From contig CM097886.1 in NCBI GenBank assembly GCA_044892525.1, positions 161,138,001 through 161,202,000 on the forward strand: a stretch of 64,000 nt of DNA, written 5' to 3'. Position numbers and translations under genes: made by a program. Positions within the stretch are counted from its first letter, which is position 1; each line of letters begins with the position of its first letter. A model generated the notes under the pieces. The model was not told the DNA's origin and ran no database searches. It saw nothing but the letters and a program-made list of their open reading frames with translations. This document shows positions 1-10,491 of this stretch, piece by piece. The DNA comes from Schmidtea polychroa (Eukaryota).

Positions 1-359
1 AGAGTTTGGAAGCTCTCATTGCATTCTTTAGTCCAATTTATATCTTTATCGCATCCAGATGTTGCAGCGTATAATGGTTCGGCGATTTTGGCATAGTCTT
101 TGATGAATCTTCTATAGTAGTTCGTTAATCCGAGAAACGATCTCAATTGTTTTGAACATTTTGGTACTTCTGCTTTCTCGATCTCTTCCACTTTCTTCCT
201 GTTTGTCTGGATACCCTTCTCGTTAATTGTGTGACCAAGGAAACACAATTCTGTTTTATTGAATTTGCATTTTTCTGGATTTATCTTCAGTCCTGCCATT
301 TGAATTCTTCTGAATATTTCCCTTAATAGCTCATCGTGGTCTTTTTGACTTTTACCATA
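1..359 (-). mobile_element. Gypsy/Ty3 LTR retrotransposon pol fragment (RT C-terminal/thumb region)
   Basis: Stop-free manual translation on -: YGKSQKDHDELLREIFRRIQMAGLKINPEKCKF...FLGHTINEKGI...QLRSFLGLTNYYRRFIKDYAKIAEPLY...WTKECNESFQTL. Runs off the window edge and is cut just after the expected YxDD position by the element at 363. Confidence 0.9.
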
Positions 360-362
360 TAC

Positions 363-432
363 CAGGGGTGGGCACGCATGAGGTCCTAGAGAGCCACATG
401 GCTCATCAAAGAGCCGCACTTGCCCACCCCTG
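363..432. mobile_element. 70-bp hAT (Buster/Charlie-like) mini-MITE
   Basis: Perfect 12-bp TIR caggggtgggca...tgcccacccctg. Termini and internal gagcc motifs match the hAT element at 58174-59080. Flanks (ccatatac / gtatatag) are not a clean TSD. Confidence 0.8.
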
Positions 433-607
433 GTATATAGTGTAGTGAGACATGTATTATTTAAATATTGCTTATAAAAAGAATCAAACAAGGTAGAATG
501 TAATAAAGAAATATTAAATTTTGATTCTAAATACCGCCATCGAATGACACTATAAATTTTAATTCTGTTTACACCTATTTTGTGACACAGGTAAAAATGA
601 ACTAACC

Positions 608-753
608 ATGAAAATACAATTGCAACAAAAAATTTTTTTTAAAAATTCAGTTGAAAAAATTTCAAAATAAAAAAAATCGAATTCAATTTTCAAATTCAAT
701 TATCAAAAATTCAATTATCAATGAGCCGCAGTTTACTCAACGAAGAGCCGCAT
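608..753. mobile_element. Fragment of the same hAT family (subterminal region)
   Basis: Direct match to 58918-59048 (atgaaaatacaattgcaacaaaaaa...atgagccgcagtttactcaacgaagagccgcat). Confidence 0.75.
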
Positions 754-906
754 AACAAGTCTTAATTAATTCACAAAAACCGCCAATTCACAATTATTTA
801 AACAAACAGATTTCTAACTATTTATATACCTATTGAGTTTTTTTGAGTTTTTTTGGATCAATTAGTGTGCTATAAAACTATAATTATTATGGTTTATAAT
901 TAGGTA

Positions 907-1085
907 NNNNNNNNNNNNNNNNNNNNNNNNNNNNNNNNNNNNNNNNNNNNNNNNNNNNNNNNNNNNNNNNNNNNNNNNNNNNNNNNNNNNNNNNNNNNNN
1001 NNNNNNNNNNNNNNNNNNNNNNNNNNNNNNNNNNNNNNNNNNNNNNNNNNNNNNNNNNNNNNNNNNNNNNNNNNNNNNNNNNNNN
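907..1085. other. Assembly gap (N run); further gaps at 6343-6691, 27322-27500 and 54811-54958
   Basis: Runs of n in the sequence. ORFs spanning them are artefacts. Confidence 1.
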
Positions 1086-1192
1086 TTAAATGATAATTTA
1101 GGCATTTGTTGTCAAGTATATATTTAATAAAATGAAATATAAATTCAAAATATAAATTTGCCACTAAAATATTAATAATATATAACTACGAC

Positions 1193-4100
1193 TTGTTTAT
1201 TTTATATTTATCAGGTTCTTTATATCCTCGATGCTGTGTATCTGGAATCGGGCATAACTCCAAATGCCATGATCGAATGACATCATATTACGGTCGTAGA
1301 TTCAACGGAATCGAATACTTTATATGTCCCAAATGCAAGACTATTTTTTGCAAGACTACTTCTACTTTTAAAGAGTTTTATAGTGAGCACTCTACACATT
1401 TAAATCAGTTTTCATCAAATAAGAAGGAAATGTTTAGAGAAATCTTTAATAGGCAATCTGTTAATATAATTAATAATAATAATAATAATAAAAGGCATGC
1501 AGCAAATAAAAATAATGTTGTCGCCACTACAAGTATTAAAAAAGATAGGCAAAATCTTAAAATAATTAATAATAACAATAAAAGGTCTGCAGAAAATAAA
1601 AATGAAGTTGTCGCAACTAAAATTATTAAAAAGAGATTATAATTATAAGTGACGATGAAACCGATGTTGCTGATTCCCCTTGTATTCCTATTAATCAAGT
1701 AGGAGGGTCTTTATATGTAGGCGATGATCCTATTATAACTATCGAGTTTCAAGGTGCTCGAAAAAATCTAAGGTTTGATGTTTCTAAGCATCAATTGATT
1801 CAAATATCTTTAACCGATAAAATTAGCCACCGTCTAGCATTAGAAATAATGGGGTCTGTAAAAATACAATTTACAGATTTTATCCAATTTGAAAAAGATG
1901 GATAAATTAGGGACAACTATTTTTCAAATACAGCACTTGTTTTCTCGGATGATTTTTTGATTAAAGGGTCACAAAAATTAAAAGAGAAAATAGATAAATT
2001 TACACATCTCGGTAGTGGGTGGCGAATAAATAAAATTAAAGAAATTGGGTTTATCTTGACAAAATATTATCTAATTAATCGCTTATCTGGCCATTCATAT
2101 ATACCAACACCAACATCGTTGTATAATAAAACTGCAATAGTGAACATTAAGAATACAATATGTGCTTTATATATAGTGTACTTGCTGTATTAAAACATGA
2201 TCAGATTAGAAATCATTGGAATAGAGTGAGCAAGTATACCGGTTTCTTGAATGAGATTAATTATGACCCTATAACTGATTGTCCCATGACACTGTGTAAT
2301 ATATCGAAATTTGAGAAGAAAAATTGTCATCTAAACCTTGCTATAAGTGTATTTTCATACAAACATGTAATTATTATAGACAATGACAGTAATAATGATG
2401 ATGCTTATGTGCCACATCATCCTCACCTAGATTTTATACATAGATCCAAAGTTATTGATGGCATACCTGTGTACTTGCTACTTCTTGAAGATGGTGATAA
2501 CTATCATTATACGGCCATTATCAACTTGCAACGTTTAATAAATTGTCATTCTAATATAGATTGCTCGATAAGAATAAGAGTTAATTAGTGCCCTCATTGC
2601 CTTAATGGATTTCGATTACAACATGCTTTTGATAGACATGTTGCATTGTGTAGTAAAAATCAGATAGGAACGACTCTTTACACTCTTCCTACAAATAAAA
2701 ACTTGCAATTCGAAAATTTTGCAAAAACTATTCCCCACCATTTGTAATTTATGCCGATTTCGAAACGGTTTTACCTAAAGATGTAATACATCATCAAATA
2801 CATTATCCAATATCCGCAGGTCTTTTACTAATTAACAACTACACAAATACAAAATCATATTATAATTTCATTGGTACTGATTGTGTTTTGAAATTTTTGT
2901 GTAAGATTGAAGAGATTGCTGACACAATAGTTATCCCTTATTATGAAATTCATGGCAAAACACCTCTAAAAACTATGACTTGGGCCGAAAATCGCGCTTT
3001 CAGTTTTTCTACAACCTGTTACCTTTGTAAAAAATCTATTATTCGCAAAGTTCGAGATCATGATCATTTCTCTGGCAAGTATCTTGGTTCTACTTGTAGT
3101 AAATGTAATATTTCTCGGCGAATTCAAAAACAGCTTCCTGTAGTTTTTCATAACTTGAAGGGGTATGACCTTCATCATATTTTGAAATTTGGTCTTGATA
3201 ATTTTCCATCGTGGGAGTTGAATATTATTCCTACTAGCACTGAAAAATTTATATCATTAATCTCTTATATCAAAAAATTGCCTGTTCGTTTTATCGATAG
3301 TATGCAATTTGTTAATTTTCTTTGGCAAAGGCTGTAAAAACTCTGTCGGATCTTCCTTTGACGTCATCTGCTTTTGAAGGTTCTATTATGACTTGTAAAG
3401 GCATTTTCCCTTATAATTTTGCAACTTCATTAGAAATTCTAGAATCTAATCTTGAATTGCCACCAATTTGGTATGGTGTTACGGCAGATGAATATGCTAC
3501 TGCCCAACAAATTTGGACTCGGCAGAATTGTAATAATCTTTTGGACTACATGTTAACTTATCTTAAATTAGATGTATTTCTCTTGGTTGATTATTTCGAA
3601 CAATTCCGCGCAAAGGCCATTGCTTACAATGGTCTTGAACCTCTGAATTTCTATGGCATTCCTGGTATGTCATGGGCATCAGCACTCATGACGTTCCAAG
3701 AGCCGATCGAACTTTTGCAGGATATGGAAATGTTCAATTTTTATGAGGGAGGAATACGAGGAGGTTTGACATTTGTTAACAAGCATCATGTTTCAACTTC
3801 GGAGAATACACAATTATTATATATTGATATTAATAATTTGTATGGTTGGGCTCTTAGCCAAAACTTCCGTATGCCGATTTTACTTGGGTTTATAATAATC
3901 TTGAATCTATATTGCATGAGTGTATAAATTCGGATATTGAAACACTTTCATATGGTTACACTATGGAAGTCGATATAAATATCCCTAATCTGTTGCATGG
4001 TTATTTGAACGACTTCCCTCTTGCTCCGGAAAGATGTGTCCATCCGGTTCTAAAGTTGAAAATTTGATACTCACGCATTGGACCAAGAAGAACCATGTTC

Positions 4101-5014
4101 TTCATTGGAGATTTTTTTTAAACTTTATATTGAATTGGGAGCAATCGTTGTAACTGTTCATCGTGCCATTAAATTTAAACAAGCATCAATTTTTAAAACA
4201 TATATTGACAAAAACACACAATTACGAGCGACTTCTACCAGTGAGCTTTATAGAGATTTATTTAAGCTTTATAATAATAGCCTGTATGGTAAATCAGTCG
4301 AAAATTTAAAAAAGCGCATGAAACTCCGCCGAAAAGCTTATTACATATGCATCAAAACCTCAATTTAGAAAATCTATCACAATTTCTCGTGATTTAGTTG
4401 CGGCACATTTAAATAAGGATCAAATCTGTTTAGATAGACCCAGCTATATTGAACAGTCTGTACTAGATCTGTCTAAACTGCGCATGTATCAACTTCAATA
4501 TATTGAATTGGACAAGTATAGGTGCGAGTTTAATTGTAAAATAAATATTGTTGCCGGAGATACAGACTCTTTCTTTTTAGAAATTAAAGACTGTAAATTA
4601 GATGTATTATTACCGGCAATGATTAGAGATAATCTGCTTGACACATCCAATTATGACCCTTCACATCCGTTATTCTCTAGAAAACTCGATTCTGTTATCG
4701 GCAAGTTTAAGGATGAGAGTAAGTGACTTGGAAATAGTGAATGGGTTTTCTTGAGACCAAAATGTTATAGTCTTTTAGGCACTAAGACTAGTATGAAAGC
4801 AAAAGGAGTTAATTTAGTGGGAACTGAAATTAATCATCAGTCATATGTCGATTGTTATAACTCTAACGAGATATTTTCAGTACCACAATCTAGGATAGGG
4901 TCGCGTAACCATCAACTTTACACATTTAAAAATATAAAAATTGCATTGTCAAACAATGATGATAAGCGATTATGGGTAGGGAAAATACTAGTCTTGCATT
5001 TGGGTATTATTTAG
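1193..5014 (+). pseudogene. Polinton/Maverick protein-primed family B DNA polymerase (pPolB), frameshifted
   Basis: Collinear ORF pieces with GSGW...SYIPTP...IVNIKN, ExoI IYADFETV (about 2745-2770), ExoII VFHNLKGYD, an endonuclease-VII-like CYLC...DHDH...CSKCN insert, motif A YIDINNLYG, motif B KLYNNSLYGK, motif C GDTDSF, and C-terminal LRPKCYS and DDKR. Manual translation of 1640-1956 links it to the 1193 ORF via a frameshift. Confidence 0.93.
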
Positions 5015-5210
5015 GTATCGATGAACTTAATGACTATGCGAGTGATATGATGGAGCGAGAAACAGTTCGAGAACTTCAAAACGGTTGAAATATTTACAGA
5101 CTTGTGTGTGTGTGTGTGCATTGTTGTTTAATATATTTTTTTAAAATATTTTTCAATCTTCAATTTTTTATTTATTAATTCATTTATTTATTATTTTAAT
5201 TTACAAACTA

Positions 5211-5251
5211 CCGCGCCTGCCCCTTTGGGGTGGCGACGGGTGGCGGGCGTG
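5211..5251 (+). other. GC-rich hairpin downstream of pPolB
   Basis: cgcgcctgcc (5212-5221) pairs with ggcgggcgtg (5242-5251) using 8 WC and 2 G-T/U pairs, in otherwise very AT-rich DNA. Confidence 0.4.
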
Positions 5252-5341
5252 TAAGTTGTTGATTTTAATTTTTTATTTGAATAACTTGGACATGCATGTT
5301 TTGTGTATGAATTAAAAAAAAACAGACTTTAATTTTTGTAT

Positions 5342-5650
5342 CTATTTAAAATTTTGCCTTGGAAAATTTTGGGAAATTTGTGTTTTGGGGCTTTTTAAAT
5401 TTTGGGAAATTTTTGAGTTGGGAAATTTATTTTGGGGATTTTGTGATTTGGAAATATTTTGTAAATATTCCTTGTGATTTTTTCTAGTAATTTGTTGATT
5501 TTTTCCAAGTATTTTTATATAAAAAATTTCTAAGTGTTGTGACCTTAAAATTTTCAAATTTATCCAGGCATTTTTATTTTTCAAAATTTTTCGATGTCAA
5601 GTGGTGTGACCTTCACTTAAAGGTACTTTAATATTTTTAAAAATATTTTT
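5342..5650. repeat. Strand-asymmetric degenerate ttttgggaaattt repeats (possible Polinton subterminal region)
   Basis: Repeated T/G-rich units plus two gtgacctt motifs. Confidence 0.4.
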
Positions 5651-6700
5651 CTAAGTATTCTATTAAAGCTTTTGATCATTGTCCCACCGTGTGTTGAAGA
5701 ATATGATCTTATTTCGATAATATAAGATTTTCTATGTTTGATAATATATGAATGATGTTAAATTATGGCAATTGATGTTGAAGTTTGAGATTTTGGAGCT
5801 CATTTTCCATGGAAACTATGCATTTTTTCTATATATAGACTATATAATTTTATGTTTGTTATGAAATTCCGAGTTAAAAAAAATTTTTCTCCAGGGGGGG
5901 GGATAGTGGTGTGGAAGGGACATATCCATCTACTACCTATATTATATAGTTTTAAAAATAAACACACACTTCGAAGTTATGACGCCTCAAATTTTTTAAA
6001 TTAAAGTAAATTATGAGTTCAAATAATTAGATATAGTCTAAAATTTTATATTAAAGTAAATTATGGTTCTAGACTCTAGAATTTTAAAATTATGTAATCA
6101 ATGGTAAAAGATTTTAAATTTAAGTAATAACTTATTACTAATAAGTAAATTAAAGTAATTAAAGTTAAAAATTTTTAAATAAGTAAATTAAAGTAATAAT
6201 TTTAAATTTAGTATTAAAAATATTGAATAACCACCATTGTTTGAGAAATGAAATTTTTTAATGGAAATTTTAATGAAATATTTTTCAAAGTCAATTTTAA
6301 ATCTAAATTTTTATGAAATAATTTACAAAGATAATTTTTAATNNNNNNNNNNNNNNNNNNNNNNNNNNNNNNNNNNNNNNNNNNNNNNNNNNNNNNNNNN
6401 NNNNNNNNNNNNNNNNNNNNNNNNNNNNNNNNNNNNNNNNNNNNNNNNNNNNNNNNNNNNNNNNNNNNNNNNNNNNNNNNNNNNNNNNNNNNNNNNNNNN
6501 NNNNNNNNNNNNNNNNNNNNNNNNNNNNNNNNNNNNNNNNNNNNNNNNNNNNNNNNNNNNNNNNNNNNNNNNNNNNNNNNNNNNNNNNNNNNNNNNNNNN
6601 NNNNNNNNNNNNNNNNNNNNNNNNNNNNNNNNNNNNNNNNNNNNNNNNNNNNNNNNNNNNNNNNNNNNNNNNNNNNNNNNNNNNNNNNNNNTAATAATAA

Positions 6701-7005
6701 GATATATAGCTCATTCGAAAGGTCTTGCAGTGGGATTTAAAATGAGCCATCGTTAAATAAAGTCAGTTGGTTGGAACTCTCAAAATTTAAATGTAAAAAA
6801 TATGACCTTGAAAAAATAATAATATCTTTACCAATAATATTGATAATACGGATATTTATAGCTCATTCGAAAGATCTTGCACTGAGCCTTAAAATAAGTC
6901 ATCGCTCAATAAATTCCATTGGCGGGAACTCTGAAAATCTGAAAATATTGTCTTTGTCCGAACTTGCTCATGTATTTAAAAAAAATTGACCTTGAAAAAA
7001 AATGT
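6701..7005. repeat. Degenerate tandem repeat, about 150-bp period
   Basis: gatatatagctcattcgaaaggtcttgcagtg at 6701 recurs as gatatttatagctcattcgaaagatcttgcactg at 6851. tgaccttgaaaaaa occurs in both units. Confidence 0.65.
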
Positions 7006-7084
7006 CTTTGTATAAGGGGTATAGGGTATTTGTGCCAGCGGGCTCGTGGTCTAGCAAGCTCACATCTTTCTACTTATGACCTTT

Positions 7085-7400
7085 TTTACAATTGAACTCG
7101 TTACGATATTTTTCTAAATCAACATATTGGAATTCATACATTCTAAGTTAAGATAGATCAAGTACAGATTGTCCAATGTAACTTGGTTTGGCTAAACACA
7201 TAGAATCAGGATTTAACATTGCTGCTATTAAATCATCTTCAATTTTAAAAAGTAAGTTTAGAAGTATATGTTACTAATTTATTATCTGTAGTGCAAAGTT
7301 GAAAATTCATCCTTCTCCTAAGATTTTAAAAAGTTTTGCCATACAAACTGTTATTTAATAATTTGTGCAGTGTAGCGTTATGTTATTTTTTGATTTATAA
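7085..7400 (-). pseudogene. Second, diverged pPolB fragment (motif B region)
   Basis: Manual translation KLLNNSLYGKTF*NLRRRM...IEDDLIAAMLNPDSMCLAKPSYIGQSVLDLS*LRMYEFQYVDLEKYRNEFNCK. 36 of 53 residues are identical to the equivalent stretch of the + strand pPolB (about 4382-4540). Confidence 0.85.
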
Positions 7401-7429
7401 TTAGAGATTGTAATGAAATTTTATTCTTT

Positions 7430-7594
7430 GTTGTCACTTGTCACGTACGGTGGTAAATAAGAAAAAAACGATATAGCGATAATTCACTATATTCACATTG
7501 AATTTTGAAATTCGAGATTAAATTTACTTGCTTCATTATCAGGGAAAATAAAAGGACAACTATTACTAGGTAAGATTATATAAAAATCTTTCAT
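7430..7594 (-). pseudogene. Polinton minor capsid (penton/PX)-like N-terminus, truncated
   Basis: MKDFYIILPSNSCPFIFPDNEASKFNLEFQ begins 5 nt after the integrase stop. It resembles the FYxxLPSN...FPDN...F start of Polinton minor capsid ORFs (recognised from memory). Confidence 0.5.
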
Positions 7595-7599
7595 AATAC

Positions 7600-8860
7600 T
7601 TATTTAATCAATTGATTTTCAGATATCCAAGTTGGAGTTTCATAACCATGCCATTTAACATAGTATTGTTTATATTTTCCATCATTTTTGGTTTTTAAAA
7701 TCTTTTGAATTCTGAATATTGTAGGAGCAGGAATAATAACTTGGGGTTCTTGTTCATAGAATTTACCAGTGATTGGATTGTTTTCATGATCAGTTATCAC
7801 ATACATGACATGATTCTGTTTTGTATCGACTTTCAAAATTTGATATACTTCATCACTCCAATTATTATCAAAATCCTTGATGAATGGTGAAGATTTGATT
7901 TTACTAATTCTTACATGATCACTGTAAAGAATAAGAATAATTGATAAATTCCAAAAACTTTACTTAAGAAATTGTGGTACTATTTATAGTTCCCGGTGTG
8001 TCGACACCAACACAATCACCAATAGCTTTTGGGGAAATAATAATCAGTGACATAATTTTAGGACCCAGACAATCAAAAATAATAAATCACACATGCAGGC
8101 ATTACATAATATAGGGTAAAGGTTAAGGAAATCAAATATCCCATTATAATTACATCACAATCACCAACCTTGTATTTTGGTTTATCGATTTTTCTACCTT
8201 TGGTAGTTTATTATTAAAATCAACAGGTCTCTGACCTTTTAATCCTCTATGCGGTGAATGATTGTAACTGAAAATATTTTTTGGCAAAACATTTATCCAA
8301 GTTTTATTACCATGATATACATAATAATTTTTAATCATTCTCTTAAAGTTCGATTAAATTGTTCTACGTGAGCAGCTTTGAAATGAGAAAATACCGAGTA
8401 ATGACTTATTCCTTTGATAACTTCTTTAACTTTGCTGCTATAAAATTCTTTACCTAAACCAAATATTTAAAAATAAATTAATTAAATTTAATTACCTAAA
8501 TCGGTTTGTAAATTACGAGGTTGCCATCTGCAAACATTTCTTTAATCGCATCATCCATTTCATTTGCAGATTTAGTTTTTGTAGAAACAGCACGAGCATA
8601 TCTATTAAAAACATCAATACAAGTCAGAATATATTTGTACCATTTGTTGATTTTTGAATAAGGTATCATTTCCATCAAATCCATTTGCCATAAATCATTG
8701 ATTTCAAATGTTTTGTATGGTCTTGTTGGAAATCATTTCAATATTGGTTTATTTAAACTATACGCTAATTGATTAGATAACCATTTCTGAGTTTCTTTCT
8801 TTGAATTAAAATATAAAAATCTACAATATTTTTATTTGGTAATGAACTATTGATACCCAT
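7600..8860 (-). pseudogene. Polinton retroviral-like (RVE) integrase with C-terminal chromodomain
   Basis: WQMDLMEM, YILTCIDVFNRYA, LQTDLG-KEF, KAAHVEQFNRTL, YNHSPHRGL, KYKVGD|HVRIS, NWSDEVY, chromodomain YYVKWHGYETPTWISE. Contains stops and frameshifts and is split by the 7923-8159 insertion. Confidence 0.92.
7923..8159. mobile_element. Solo LTR (237 bp) inserted in the Polinton integrase
   Basis: Starts TGT, ends ACA, with 5-bp TSD atcac (7918-7922, 8160-8164). Removing it restores KVGDHVRIS. Confidence 0.72.
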
Positions 8861-8871
8861 TAAGAACTTAA

Positions 8872-9198
8872 TTATGTAATTGCACTAATTGCAGATAAAA
8901 CTATAGGAATTTATGCACCCAAGAACCCACCTTTTTGTTTATATATTATATTTCTCGTTAGACGCCGAATTTTTGTATCAACTAACGATAAAAGGGATCT
9001 TTTGTGTCCTTGTAATACTAATCTTTTAGCTTTAGTAATATTTACATTACCACGAACAACATTTATAATAACTTCAAGCAAATCATCGATAACAAATAAT
9101 GGAAAAGATTGTAAAATTGATATTCGTTTTGAATTTGGAGCCTTCATTAAAACATTAAAATATGATAAACTTCGTTCAAATTTCATTGTTACTACCAT
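8872..9198 (-). pseudogene. Small Polinton ORF with adenovirus pX-like C-terminal amphipathic segment
   Basis: Ends IIYKQKGGFLGA*IPIVLSAISAIT* (one TAA probably from TTA). Compare adenoviral pX RGGILPLLIPLIAAAIGA. Confidence 0.55.
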
Positions 9199-9226
9199 TA
9201 ATTAACGCGACAGATTGTTTATAATT

Positions 9227-9352
9227 TTATCCATTTCTTAGTTTGTTTCTTATCTTTCTTACTTTTCTTAATTTTCTTAGTGCGTTTTGTTTTCTTGTTT
9301 ATTTTTTGGAAACAATTAGAAGATTTTTAACAATTACTTTTTAAAATGTCAT
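9227..9352 (-). pseudogene. Degraded lysine-rich small ORF (possible DNA-binding core protein)
   Basis: NKKTKRTKKIKKSKKDIRNKLRNG* between ATPase and pX-like ORF. Needs one frameshift and one stop repair. Confidence 0.3.
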
Positions 9353-9374
9353 GATTAATTTAATTTTAATTGTT

Positions 9375-9975
9375 TTCAGTTTTGTTTATAAATTGTTACA
9401 CCATTTATATTAAAAATATAAGATCTAATACGCATATCATCAGGACATTGTTGCGTAAAAAATGAATACGCGTGGGGAATTTTGGTCGCATCTTGGAATG
9501 ATTCTATTAAAAATTTCCTATTATTAAAATAAGCTTGTCTTGCAAGAAAATCAATTATTTATTGATCTCAAGGATTTTTGAAAATAATCAAATATTGAAA
9601 ATTTAAATTACGTGTTCCATGACTTTCACCTTGATGAAAAAGATTTTGTGTTATGAAAATACCTGTAACACTGCAATGTCTACTGATTTTTGTAAATAAA
9701 TTAATAAATATTTTTCTTTATTTGCTTCCTGATACAAATCATCGATAATAATAATATCACCTTGAAGTAATCTGGATGACCAAATTTTATCAAATCCTTT
9801 AATTATTGTCATTTTTAATTTACAGAAACTATTTTGAGTTAATCCGTGCTCTTCATCTGCACCTCTATGCCAAAATATTTTATTAAATTTTGATTTAAAC
9901 ATGTTTGATTTTAATAAATTACATAGAAATAAAATTTTTTCACTTCCACTAGGTCCTATACTGCATCATTTCTTA
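9375..9975 (-). pseudogene. Polinton A32/FtsK-like genome packaging ATPase
   Basis: Degenerate Walker A IGPSGSEK (9959-9936, in frame with the 9902 ORF), Walker B IIIIDDL, then after a frameshift SRH...IFITQNLF...FKNP*D. Start and end approximate. Confidence 0.85.
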
Positions 9976-10034
9976 TTTCCAAATTAATTAAATTATTTTA
10001 TTTTATTTGTTTATAATTAGAATAATTACAAAAA

Positions 10035-10491
10035 ATGATAAGAAACATCAATTATAGACGAAGATGTATAGTAAATGGAATGAAATTCCCATTAGGAAAA
10101 CCTCAACATGTTGTGGACAGAAGCGGAAAATATCCAATTTTGTTCTTCAAGAGTGGGAAATGGGATGTACAAAACCTTTACAAGATGGTGATCTCAAACA
10201 TCAGATTCAAGACTTGCAAATACAATCAATTACATTAACTTAAGATATTGGTGCTGGCTTTGATTTAAATGCATTGTCAATGAAAACCAATAACTACCAA
10301 GTAACTACGAACCTGAAATATTTCTAGCTTTACGAATTCTCAAGTATAACCCTCTATGTGTCAATGTTTTTACAAGCGGCAAAGTGGTTATATTAGGAAT
10401 TAAAACATTTGATTGTTTTAATCATATTCAAGAAATTCAGAATTTCATAAAATCATTGACTTTTTTTATATTTATATATTACAACAAATGA
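10035..10491 (+). pseudogene. TBP (TATA-binding protein)-fold protein, two repeats, frameshifted
   Basis: Repeat 1: MIRNINY...PILFFKSGK/MGCTKP. Linker: IQDLQIQSITLT*DIGAGFDLNAL. Repeat 2 (10303-10491): NYEPEIFLALRILKYNPLCVNVFTSGKVVILGIK, versus TBP [34 protein letters not shown]. Confidence 0.8.

Noticed and set aside
862-1164. ORFs containing X runs (also 6214-6750, 27265-27682, 54785-54994)
   Set aside because: They are open only because they span N gaps.
1405-1698. Hydrophobic antisense ORFs (also 17890-18195, 24516-24857, 31355-31708, 38521-38868, 58463-58786)
   Set aside because: They are shadows of real coding or TE frames on the opposite strand.
5980-6220. Repeated taaagtaaatta units as a possible CRISPR-like array
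   Set aside because: Low-complexity AT repeats with irregular spacing and no cas genes, in a eukaryotic context.
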